A stretch of 64,000 nucleotides of DNA from Phoronis australis. Its lineage: Eukaryota; Animalia; Phoronida. Below the pieces are notes generated by a model. The model saw only the letters and a list, made by a program, of their open reading frames with translations. It searched no databases and was not told the origin of the DNA. The position numbers were made by a program, and so were the translations under genes. The DNA lies in NCBI GenBank assembly GCA_002633005.1, contig NMRA01000108.1, positions 885,855 to 949,854 on the forward strand, written 5' to 3'. Shown piece after piece: positions 1-11,913 of this stretch. Position 1 is the first letter of the stretch. Each line of letters opens with the position of its first letter.

Positions 1-1424
1 ACCAAATGGGCAAATATAAACAGGTGTAGTGGTGAGGCACATTAACTGACTAGGCACGGAAAATCAAAAAAGAGACATCACACTGTTCATTACATGCAAT
101 CTTGTTCAGACACTTCAAAACTTCAGTCACTTGAAGATCACAACTAAATTTCCTGTGATCTATTCATGAAATTACGCACATCCCTAAGTTTTCTTCTAAA
201 AGTGCATTTTTTATCACAAAACTACAAACACAAATTAATTTAAACAAGAATTTTCAAAGAAGATGTTATCTCAGGGACTAGTTGAAAAACTGCATGTTTA
301 TCCGATGGTGTATTTTCTTAAGGATAATACCCCTGATGGTCTATAGGCTTATAGATTAGAAGGTTGACCAAGATAATAGATCAAAAGACAGAGAAAGATC
401 AAAAACATGAACACAGGGAAAACAGGAAAGCGACACTTTTACTTGGAGGGTAATGTTAGCAAATGACATAGCTAGCGAACTCTTGAATGAAAATAGCTTT
501 GAGTTTGAAAAATACTCTTTAGTGTCTAATATTGCTTTTCCATCAAGCACAACTCCCCTAAAATGGGAGCAGTTAACTCCACTGAGATGAGAGTAATCTC
601 CAGACTTCATAACATCCAACAAATATATTCAATCAAGAGAGCAAATCAACTATGCCATCTGGTGTTTAATCTCGAGAACTAGCAGCAAATCTGATGTCGT
701 AACCGAAGAGGACTTTGTGGCAAAGGGAACTGCCTAGGAGTTTTGATAGCAGAAGTTTTATTAATGGGAAAGCGAGATAATTCACAACATATATCAACCA
801 TTCAGTGAGACTTGAACAGACTTGCACCGCTAGCTGTAGTTTTATTTTAAGGGAAGGTGTGGAAAACGCAGAACCCCAAGTTTAACACTACAGGTGGCAG
901 CAGATGAGATATCCAACACTTATCATTATGAACAGGATTCCAGAGAACATTTGCTGAGGACCAGACACCCAACAGTCTGCTTAATTATTTCAATTAAGAC
1001 AAGCCCTGACAGGATTATATGCAGTTCCCCAGGGTAATAATGTAAGAGAGATGAGGTTTTAGTAAATATCATTACTGAATGAGAAACACAACCTCAACCT
1101 CACTTTAGTCAACGTAGCAAGAGGTTACTTGAGCATTGTTGGATAGTTTCATATTAATAAAACTGATCTAACATGGCCAAAACAGAATTGATATCAGTCG
1201 CAAATCAATTACAGAAGAAACACTGCCAGCCAAATAGACATCGTCAAATTAGAATACGATAAGAAGTCTAGTTAGGCACAGTGAAACATGAAGTTCTTTG
1301 CTCAAGATGGGGAGTTGTACCAAATTTTAGAAATTGACAACACTGACTGTACCAAATTTAAGAATTGCAATCAGCACACTACATGGAGCCGTGAAAATAT
1401 TGCGACAGTTACCGTATTCTGCAA

Positions 1425-1545
1425 TTTTATCAACTGTCAAGAAGTCTGTTTAAGATTTTGTTGATACAAAACCCAGTGTTTGATATTTGAGGAATATGAT
1501 GAATGGTCAAAATCCCCCAAGTCCCCAGTTTTCAAAATCAAAAAC
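1425..1545. repeat. Dispersed repeat fragment, second copy at about 48016-48120 (same orientation)
   Basis: Seen: ttttatcaactg...tgttga(t/c)acaaaacccagtgtt(t/c)gata...gatgaatg...ttcaaaatcaa shared between the two sites. Confidence 0.7.
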
Positions 1546-1674
1546 CAATTTAGCCTTGAATTTCGGCATCCCAAATTGAAAAAAAAAACTTTCACTATAG
1601 ATGGCATTTGTTGTTAACTTTCATGCAAAGGAATAATGGTGATTGGAACATTACGATCTCAAAACTCATTCCTT

Positions 1675-1730
1675 GTTGGTCAATTTTTACTGGTCAGCTG
1701 ACGTTGGTCAATTTTTACTGGTCAGCTGAC
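1675..1730. repeat. Perfect 28-bp tandem duplication
   Basis: Seen: gttggtcaatttttactggtcagctgac at 1675-1702 and 1703-1730. Confidence 0.95.
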
Positions 1731-2513
1731 CTATTGAACATGTCCCGTTCCAATCAACAAATCCTTATCTCCATGGCTTTGATTAAACAAATTTTCTTTG
1801 GACTAAGACAAACACTGGTGAATTTGTTTATTGCATGGAAAAAAATAAGTGCCCAGCTTACTCTGGGGTATAACTAGATTGTGATAAGCAATAAACAAAC
1901 AGCCAGGCCACATTGGGTTGGAATGTGGATTGATCCTGTCAACAGGTGGTCAGGTCCTGGTTATGGGTTCAGCTAACACCTCTGAAGGATACACCAAGGT
2001 TCTGTGCCCTCAGAAGCCCCATACAGTAATAGTGCAGTGCTCCTTCAGTGGAAAGACAAGACATTTAGTTGTTCAGAAACCACATCAATTAATTTACAAG
2101 ATATCCAAATTATGAGATAACCCCAGAAAGAAGACTTTGTATTATAGCAAAGAATAATGAAAAAAGTCGAAACATTTGAGATTCAATAGCGGAGGTTTCC
2201 CTTTTCGCTTTTGAAGTGTACACTATTTCTGGCATTTTATGACAGGATTCCTTGCCTATCTGCATCAAATTGCTATAAGCTAAGTTCGGTGCAGACCCAT
2301 CAGGCGGCAATCTGCTGTTCAGATAAATGAGACAGAATCAGTGCAGAAATGACAAGTGTTCCTTGCAATCGCAATGAGTTTATCAAAGTGGCGCATTGGT
2401 TAAATAGTGCGCAGGAATATTTCGCAAAACCATAGCAATGTTGGCACGTAATCGCAGATAACACAATGAACAGAGCCATCACTAAGGTGAACCCTAGAAT
2501 TAACAAGCTTTAC

Positions 2514-2552
2514 CTGCAATAGCAATGCCATTATCGCGTGAACGAGGTTCAC
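2514..2552 (-). CDS. Possible 39-nt frame-preserving exon (phase 1-1 reading GEPRSRDNGIAIA)
   Basis: Seen: donor CAG|GTAAAG, a weak acceptor (ctgaccacttgatag|), and an open frame in phase 1, the phase left by the 10304 and 4280 donors. Confidence 0.2.
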
Positions 2553-4279
2553 CTATCAAGTGGTCAGTATGATATGATAATTACCTGGACATCACTAATG
2601 CGTGTTAAAATACTTGATGTTGAAAGAGTCCTTGATAAGAGACTGGATCCAAGGTGACGCTAAACAATTATCCAGGTGCAAAACTACGCATACTCTTGGC
2701 CAAGAGCAATAAAAATTCAAAAATTCGAAAGTGATATGAAAAGCAAGGCACGCCCTAAACGATTCCTAAAAACCCTGAATGTCGAATCAAGAACAACCAA
2801 ATTTGTGAGAGGCAAAGCCTCTCACAGGAAGTGAGAAAGTACTTGTAAATATTTCCGTGGCATGGGAATCGAAAACGGAGCATATAAAAAACAAGTGGGG
2901 AGTGAAGTATTTCTGTCTTTTTTAATAACACACTGTTGAGAAAAGCATCTGCATTAATGACAGAAAATGTTTTCATTGCATCCGTGTTCATGCTGAACAC
3001 AAATAGTTAATATTTAGTCAATGTCTTACAGTGATGTCAGTGGTTCTTATGACACTTAAGGGTTCAAAAGGAAAGGCGCAATCTGCTCCAATTTTTTAAT
3101 ATCCCTCATGTTGCCAAGCCTAGAGGCACTCTCTCATCACTCTATAACACACACGACACATTAAGCCATAGCATTACATAGACTGTGCCATCAATTTTCT
3201 TTAAAAGCCAGCAAAAGATATTGATGTCCAGATATCTCCAATAAATATGCCATGAATGCACACACTATTATCAAGACTGGAGCTGTAAATCTTCATAAGC
3301 ACTTCCAACAAAGCAAACAGTTCCTTACCTAAACCACAAGGGATGAGATTGATCAACTAATACAACTCACTTCTGCTTGAGATATGTAACATTTTGAAGT
3401 TAAAAAACAATGTCCACTAATGAACAGAACCACTTTCAATTTACAAAGTGCGGACACCATTGATGAAAGTAAAAATTATAGTCACAGTCGCTAGCATCTC
3501 AACGCAACACTTCCTCATTCAGTGTATCTCAACAGTGTTAAAACAACAAATAGCAAGATTTACATGTAAATGTGAACATGTATTTAAGTTCACCCTCAGA
3601 AAAGCAAGACCAGTCAACAGTGTACCAATACCATGACAGAAATTGAGAAAGGTTCCAAAGATGAAAACTATTGATACGAAACTGTCTGCATTCATTTTTT
3701 GATCAAGTACAAATAAACATTTAGGAATGCTACGTTTTACATAAAAACATCAATTTATATTTTCCTTTTTCTATAAGACATGAAAACAGAGATAGCATAA
3801 GATGTCTACCAAATGTTTCCCCAAAACAGAGTTAACAAGTTTTGTAGACAATTTCAGTGGACACCGGAACCACAGAATTAATTGATTTTAACTAGAACCA
3901 CGGCCAAACCCTCCCCATTACATGTGGGGAGTGTTGACACCAACCACATTTGGGTTTATGAAAACAACAAAACTCAAGCTGTCCATCTAATCATTGAGTC
4001 CATATGAAAAATTGACCCACAGGAACCACAGGTTAAGTAAAAGGCCACATTCTGAACAAACAGCGTTAGAGACTGAACCCCAGTGCAATGGTCTGATAGA
4101 AAAAACGTTTGGAGAAGACTGCCCTGCCTAGAGAAATCAATTGAAAATTGCATGCACAAAGTTAACTGCGAAACTGTGGATTTTATTTTGCAAAAGGTAA
4201 AAATGTGAGCAGCCATTAAGCCTCATTTCCATTACCTTATCTTACTGGTCTACGGAGAAAAACAAAAATCATAAATTAC

Positions 4280-4469
4280 CAAAAAGTCTCCGTTCTCGTT
4301 GGCTTTTCCACACCCTGTCGATGGTGTGTCGGTGAATTCCCTTCACGCGCTCGCTAAAGCTACGTGTCCACTTATACTCCTTCGACACGCTGTTGTCATC
4401 CATTTCAAATCCACGTCCACCGTTGCTCTGGCCACACAATTTATATGGAACCACGTCTGGCAAATTCAT
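4280..4469 (-). CDS. Candidate alternative first coding exon, MNLPDVVPYK...SQRERRLF (63 codons + 1 nt, phase 1)
   Basis: Seen: GC/CpG-rich patch, protein-like charged sequence (KWTRSFSERVKGIHRHTIDRVWKSQRERR), and donor TTT G|GTAATT at 4280 shortly before the in-frame stop. Phase 1 matches the donor of the 10304 exon, so both could use one downstream acceptor. Confidence 0.5.
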
Positions 4470-6499
4470 TCAAGTTGCGCAGAGTTTCGACTCGATCCAG
4501 AAATTGGAAAAATACAACAGCTACTTGAACAGCTGTCATAAGCGTAATTTATATTTACGGCTTAATCTGCATGCACAAAATTGCACTCCACCAATCTGAA
4601 ATCAATGGCCATCCATCAACTGCTGCCGTTCATCCCTCCATAATGGGATCTCAAATGGGTCATAGTTGTTGTGAAAAAATGATACATAAAGCGGTGAAAA
4701 TCAATCAATCCATCCTCACTTTCAAATACAAACGCTATGTCCAAGTTAGAAGTACAACTGAGAAGCCACTTGAAACATCCAAACCAACATCTTGTCACAC
4801 CCGATTCAATAAAACTTCAAATTTTATCACAATCAGGAAGACCGTGAAATAAAAAAAACTTCCAATTGTTCGTCACAACAATTCTCTTTCCAACTAGCAA
4901 CAACGCCATCTCAGAATCATTTTCTAACTTCAACACTTGCTTCTAGTGATAATACATAGCAGTGACCCCTGACCGAACCCTGACCTATGCAGCATGGTAC
5001 TTATTGGCCAGCTCCAGGAACCATGTGGTACTAATTATAATACATAGACACCACTATGCAGCATAAATCCTCTGGAGTCCAAGCACACACCCATGCTATA
5101 AACTTGGAAAATGAGACATTTGCTGTGAATAATCTGTAATATGAGGACTATAGCCACTTGTCATAAAGGTCAGATTGAAGTGCAAAGGAATTTCTTAACA
5201 CTTTTGAGAGGCGCCCTAATCAAAATCCCTTTGTCATACATGCCCCTACATTAGATAGACTGGGAGTTATGTAATGAGAAATATCCTTCCCTCTATCTGA
5301 TATTTGACAATAGGCTCAGGCCTTCAGATTCTAATTTACAAATGCTCACATGGAAGTCTTCATATTCAAGTATTCACAATTCGTCAAGTTTGTATTTGGT
5401 CTACAAGAACGTTTCAGACAAAACTAGTTCTAATTTTATCAATGTAGGACACCACACAAATGGATGGAAAGCTTCTTTATAATTTTATCAAACAAACTTT
5501 ACTTCAACGGTTTGCCTACTCTCAGATTGCCATGATTGCATTTATTGTCAAATAATAAATTATTTAAAAAGTTTCCTGTTGTTTTACATATAAATGGTCG
5601 GGTTATAGATAACATGTAAGTGCATTATCACGAATGGAAAACATTTAAGCCTGGCTTCACAAGCATTTTAAAAACAAAAATACACGGAAATCCACAAAAA
5701 TAAGGAGACATGCAATGCACAACATAGTTTTTTAGTCAGAAAGTAAGTACAATTTTCGCCATTTTTCATTAAAATGAAAAACACTGGGTCATCTCCATCC
5801 ATTTTCAGAGCATGACTGTTCAAAGTAAACACGAACTCCACAGTTAATTTATGTACTCGCTGATGGAAGAAAACAAGTTTTAATCTTAAGGTTACCATCA
5901 ATTTAATTTGTGTGAAAAGAAAAATCTGGGTTAGGAAAACTAACTTAGTCCTGGACTTCATCCAAGAACGCACTTGACAACTTTACATATACAGACACTA
6001 GAGTTTCCAAAATGAGCGAAATTTGAAGAATGTCCGCAAAACATTGAATTAGAGTAAAGTGAGATGGTATGATCTGGTCTGGGGATTTTAAGACAGGAAA
6101 CAGGAGGTGCCCGGTAACACAGCAAACCTTGAGCAAAATTCTGCGCTGAATTTGTGGCATGAACTACTAAAGCAGACTTTTGAATGTGAGTAGAGGTTGT
6201 TTTTAGTCCTTCGAGGTTATGTTGCACCTTATCGACAAAAATATAGATTTTAACTCGGTAAAAGTATACAATTTCTAAAAATAGAAAGCTAGTAGCATTT
6301 GATTTTTGACTTTTCACCAATCTCCCATTAATTGGGTTACGTGGCCTTGTCTCCTTAGAAAAATTTCGTAAAAAAGAAAAACATAACTCATTGACAGCAA
6401 AATAACGATATAAATAACACAATCAGATTTCATTTGTTATACATGTACAAGATGAAATCTCAAAAACACTGTACCGCTTTCTAAATTGTTTTGTTTTCA

Positions 6500-6600
6500 T
6501 TTCATGCAACTTTTGATTTTTTACTAAAAAGTTCTATTTTTGATAGCCTCTCAAGCAAAATATTTTAAAAAGAATTCCCAACGGCATTTTGGAGAGCAGT
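6500..6600. repeat. Dispersed repeat fragment, inverted copy at about 59550-59660
   Basis: Seen: aaaaagttctatttttgatagcctctcaagcaa versus the reverse complement of ttgcatgaggggctatcataaaataggacttttt. Confidence 0.65.
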
Positions 6601-7619
6601 GCATGGTGGATAATAGAGTAGTGAGTTTCACGTGAATCTGATCTGACATGATGTTCTGGAGTTTGCCAAATATGGACATTATTCTAGGGTCCTACAGAAC
6701 TGTATGGCTTTGTGTATTTTAATAAGAAATTGGAGGGCAGAGGACAAATATTCACAATGTTCTGAAGGCAATTTAAAACAGTAATTTCTGCAGAAAAGTT
6801 GATTTCATGGCAGATTAAAAATTAAGTACCAAACACTAGGCTATACATAAGAACAGCAAGCAAACAGAAAACATTGACACGACCCGAGGACATGCTATCA
6901 GTATGTAAAAACTTGAATGACTTTCAATAATATACTTTTACAACAAGTGTGTTTACTTTGCGAACTAAGTATAGACCCACCGCAAACTGAAGAGCAAAGA
7001 AAACACAAGATATATACAAATGTCATCGGCAATCAGGAGCGGACGACACAAAAATCCCCCGCCAACGATGGCCAAGGGCATCAAAGGCATTAGACAAATC
7101 CATAATTTTGTCAGATGCGAAGAGTGAGAATTGCGGTCACATTTGTCAAGTAAAACAATGGCCACAAGTACTCAGACAGATTAATTAATGGCAAACATAT
7201 GCAAACAATGTGCCCAGTGTTATTTTAACAAATACACAAGCGTGTGAGAAAAAGTCATGGCAGGCAGTCGGACTGCCCCATAGAAATGCACTATTCAGTA
7301 GTGTGTTCCACAGAGCAACATCAAATGGGAGCACTGTACAGGGTGACAGCTGCAAATTGTGTCAGATGCCCTGGGAAAAGAATGCTTCAGAAAGCATCCA
7401 GGCTTCTAAGATTCTGAACAAGGGCAGGTTAATTGAATTTGTGAAACCTCTCCTTATCATTTTCTCACAGACACACAACAAACTCAATGACCAAAATTTA
7501 GGGACTGACTTTAAAATTCTTCCCACAGGGAAGACAAAAAAGCTTTTGTCTGATGAGATTTCACAGGGAAAGATTTAGAATTAATGCAGCGTGCCACCCA
7601 TATAACAGCTTGATGGAAT

Positions 7620-7962
7620 CCGGAGGGGGGTACTCTTACAGAAGAAGTATACGGTACATGTCCCTCAGGAGGACATTTTCATGGCCAGTTTTCCAACACA
7701 AATCTATGGAACGGTTTTCAACATTATTTGTACTTTAAAAACTTTTGCTGCAATTTTGACAACATGGCACCTCTTCTTACAATGGTTTAAGCTCCATAAT
7801 TGATAAAAATTTAGCTATCCAAAAATCCCTCAGGCAGTGTGGTATTTCTGGGACAAACCCAAGAAAGAGTTCTCAACAGTTCTCAAGAAATGGGTCCACT
7901 CTCCAAGTATGTGGGTATCCCAACTGCATCCCCAGTCAAAGGTATAGTGAAGTACCCCCTGG
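7620..7962. mobile_element. Probable MITE with CC(G/A)GGGGG-TACT terminal inverted repeats
   Basis: Seen: left ccggaggggggtactc and right gaagtaccccctgg, with AT on both flanks (possible 2-bp TSD). Similar end motifs occur near 51291-51302 and 63976-63989. Confidence 0.55.
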
Positions 7963-10303
7963 ATGAAAGTACTGAGTGTGAACCAAAGTCTGACATTTAT
8001 TCTAGCATTTCATTGGAAACTGAACCTGGAATCAATGCAGTGTAAACGTAATTTAAGTGTAGCCACTTGCTCACGACAATTGACATCTGAACGAGGACTG
8101 AGAAACACAAATTCCAAGCCTATCGGCTTGCTTTAATTGGAGCAAGACCAGGTAGCAAACCTCACACTCGAATGAGCACAGTGAGAAGCAATAAATTTGG
8201 AGAAATCCATCAACTCTATTCGGGCCATGGTGTTATGATGTGGATAGGAATGCCAACTTGCGGAATTATACAACCAAAACGAAGGGTTCGCGCAAAACAA
8301 AGGGTTTACCCAAAACATGAACCAAAGGCATGGTTTCCAAATATGGTGCTGTGTAGTCATTTCTAATTAAAAATCTTTGATTTCATACCTAATAGCAAAC
8401 AAACAAAAAGGTCGAATAAGAGATCTTTTGGAAAAAAGATATCTAGTTACATGATACGGTATCGTGATGCATCAGATTATTCCACAGTAACTTACACCAT
8501 TCAATGCATTGTGAAAGTCAATTATTTCGTGAGCAAGATTTGGACATTGCTGGCGTATACTAGCAGCACCCCCAGGTTGCCTCTAGTCGGCCTTGGTAGT
8601 GGCAAAATGATACCAAGACTGATTGGCAAGACTGGAATGTTAAATCATGGTTAATTCACTGTTTCTGTTTCATTATGGAAGACTTCATGTCAGAAGTGTA
8701 TCACCAGTGCCGTGCGTTTACAGGACACACCCCAGTTTTGAGAATTCATATACTCCACATTTCTGCATAAACAGTGTCAAGTATTCCACTTCAAAAAAAT
8801 TGTTTAGATTGTACTTCGCCAAATCTTATCTAGAAATGCATAGAAAAAAATCAACAGTTATGTTAATACTTTATCAACAGAGAACATTTATAAAGATGAC
8901 AATTTACTAAGAGCTGAAGAGCCCAGCAGCTGTGTTATCTGTCTGGCTTATCCAGCCAATGGCAAGCCAGTAGCACTAAGGCGCCACCTATAGACCATTT
9001 CAGAAGGTCCATTATGACCATCCAGAGTAGATGAATGAACTGAGGATTAACACGAAAACAGCATTTGTTAGAGACATCTATTGGTCATTTCAAAAGTCAG
9101 CCAGACTATTAAAAGATAGGAGCCTACTGCTATCATCAGATATCACTAAATATGAGCACTATTTATTTAATCTCTTGTACCCTTAGTATCTCAAAACACC
9201 AGCGATACATCAAATGGTTACGCCAGTCGAGTAATTGGGTTATCACCTGATTTGTTATTTTGTCAGCAACCTACTAGCATATGCACGTAAGCACCAACAG
9301 GGACCTAAAAACCCATGTGGGAAGGGCAAGGATCAGTCGCCAGTTATCGTCACTGTCGACAGAAAAAGATAGCTGATGACATCAAAACCAGTTGGCTCTG
9401 TGGAGGAGTTTCTGACAAATAGCTGCCTTGCTGGTTACATGCACAAGCAATGACGTCGGCATTCGATCCGTTAATGTCAAATATGACCTTAGCATTCCAT
9501 GTCCCATTCATACAAGTAACTGAAGAATTTTCTACAGTACGGGGTGACACAAAATCAACTTGAGGGATTATGGTGAAATGTCTTCAGTTTAGGACACAGT
9601 ATGACCGAAAACTGAAATTTTGCGAATAAAAGTATCCATAAGAAAATTTTACTTCCCTGTTGTTATGTCTTGCAGGCAATGGTCAGCAAACATTTTTTGT
9701 TTACAATTCAAAAATTGCATTAATGTTGCAAGCTTTTGATATGTAAATGTGACTTTTAAGCCATTTTTGTCCAAACCTGAAGAATTTAAGCTGTAACTGA
9801 CTGTAGTGTTTCAACATTTTTCACTATTCGAAGTGCATCAAATCCAGCTTGCAGGCCTATAGGCGAGGGAGCAGCAAAACAAATCTATGAGGAGAAAAGA
9901 TTATCCCATTTTCACAGGCCCTATTGCAGCGCCTCCTTCTGTACACGCGCACAAAGACAATTCACACTTTGTCTGCTGCACATAAGTCATGACACCCAAA
10001 TAGTTGTTGAACACTTGTTAAAGGGACAGTATCGGAATTATGGACGAAAAATAAGTTTTGGGATCACAACTATACGTTATAAGACATTTTGAAGATCAAA
10101 GATAGCTTGGACCAGAGCTTTAAAACAACAAAATCCATTGTTTCTGTGATTTTATTACAAGCTGCTGGTCTGCCAGACATTACCCTGCCATTTAACCAAT
10201 GAGATTAAGCTCTGCTGTTGTGATCAAAGGTTTGATTCTCAGAAAATCACTTTTCTTGCAACATTCCTTTAATCATTGCGTCAGATAACGCCATAGTACT
10301 CAC

Positions 10304-10343
10304 CAGCTTGCTGTCTCTCTGTTGTAGTTAGGTTATGTAGGCA
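10304..10343 (-). CDS. Small internal coding exon (40 nt, phase 0 in, phase 1 out), CLHNLTTTERQQA
   Basis: Seen: strong acceptor tcttttcctgttttccag| and strong donor CTG|GTGAGT. Only the phase-0 frame is open (the other two contain TAA), which matches the phase-0 donors at 19585 and 15590. Confidence 0.6.
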
Positions 10344-11521
10344 CTGGAAAACAGGAAAAGATTGCTGAGAAAGAATGTCGAACATCAGACAATTAGGGTA
10401 AAAATTGTTCAGTTTGAAACACAATATAGAGAACAAGTACAATTTCATTGTGTCAAAATTTTCAATAAAAAACTTCTCAGAAAACTGTCTTCTGTCTTTA
10501 TCAAGGCTTGTGCATTCTAGCCACAACCGAAAACATTAGGTAGAATTTTAAGCACTTGCAGAGACGCAAAAATGGCACATCAATTTCAAGAAATTCGCCA
10601 TGCACATTGTAGACATATGAAACTGGTTGCAAAGATTTTAATAAAAGAACGGCCCATGAGACCTGAGAAAAATTTGAATTTGAATGAAAATACCCGATAC
10701 TTGATACTTCTTTTGAACAACCTCAAATGAATTACAGCAACCAGAAACCAACATTTTAAAGTCACTTTGGAAAATTTCAACGCCAAGAGCATGAAGCCAA
10801 CAAATAAACAAATTTTTTGTTTTGTTTGGAAAAAAAGTTTAAACGCCATCTTTGGAAAGACCTGTTTTTATTTCCGATCATGTTGCGATTCATATCTAAT
10901 TAATCGTTTACATATATTGCAGACTGGGAAGTCTCTCCTTAAATTCACAGTGACAAATGGCAGTTTCTGCAAGTGATGTTGATAATGCATTTAATTTCTA
11001 TGTTCTTGAATAAAGCACTCTAATGCCAAGTTACAAGTAACACACTATCAATTCACCATGACGACAATTTTAAACTGTTTCTGATATTCAATTTTACATT
11101 GTAGTATATATCTTCATTGACATTAAACACACACATTACACAAACGGCTAAAAATCATGTAAAAAATGTTTGTAGTGGGCAACACGCACAACACGTACTA
11201 GTAAAATTTGATGAAGAACTACACTAAATCTTGTGGAAATAAAAACATCAGGACAGATTGGTTTCACATTAAAAGTTGCCTTCACTGACAAGCTTGTTGA
11301 TACTGGGTATAATTCCTAACCAAACACTTTTAGTCTTGAGCAGGAACAGATCCCTTACAGTAAGAACCAGAACAAACAGTGCACAAATGGATGTTCCAAA
11401 ATATTTTCTTAGTTTGTACAGCAGATTAATGTCAAAAGACGATTATGTGGTAGAAAACTATACCTATCTTCAACAGGCATCACAACATGAATGGTAAAAT
11501 TACAGATCTGTAAAGGGACTT

Positions 11522-11913
11522 CAGGGTCCGGTCTCCAATCTTTTTACTTGAAATGGAACTCGAAATTAGGTTTGGCATTTTCTACTCTACTTTTGGGCGA
11601 ACTCAAGATAAGTGTATTATTCTATGCTCGAGTACACAATAACTTACGTAGATAATTTATTGCCCTTAGTTCGCAGTTTGTAAACCCAATATTAAAGCAA
11701 TAAGTTCGAGTTTGAACTCGAAATTTCGAGTTTTTACTAGAGTTTGTAGCACGAATATAAGGGTCTTCAAGGGCAAACTTGAACTAGAAACTCCTATGCA
11801 TAAACTATAATGTATTCGAGTACAGTCTGATAACCAATTATCGTAAGTTCGCACAAAAGGAGCAGAGAAATTGCCAAATAGTTTCGAGTACAAAGATTAG
11901 AGACTGGGCCCTG
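11522..11913. mobile_element. Non-autonomous DNA transposon (MITE/foldback) with CAGGG...CCCTG ends
   Basis: Seen: left end cagggtccggtctccaatctttttacttgaaa matches the reverse complement of the right end (cagggcccagtctctaatctttgtactcgaaa). Internal inverted blocks at about 11570-11610 and 11838-11880, and a central palindrome aactcgaaatttcgagtt at 11715-11732. Established: CAGGG termini are common in hAT-superfamily elements. No 8-bp TSD is visible. Confidence 0.8.

Noticed and set aside
3321-3345. Recursive splice site (tttAG|GTAAGG on minus)
   Set aside because: The pyrimidine tract is mediocre and such motifs are expected by chance in 64 kb; it cannot be supported without nascent RNA data.
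5668-6422. Overlapping 71-154 aa minus-strand ORFs as a transposase remnant
   Set aside because: No DDE or other recognisable motif, and the composition (F/L/K/I-rich) is that of AT-rich non-coding DNA.
9350-9550. ORF with CACNQQGS resembling a laminin EGF-like start
   Set aside because: The rest of the cysteine pattern is missing and there are no convincing splice sites.
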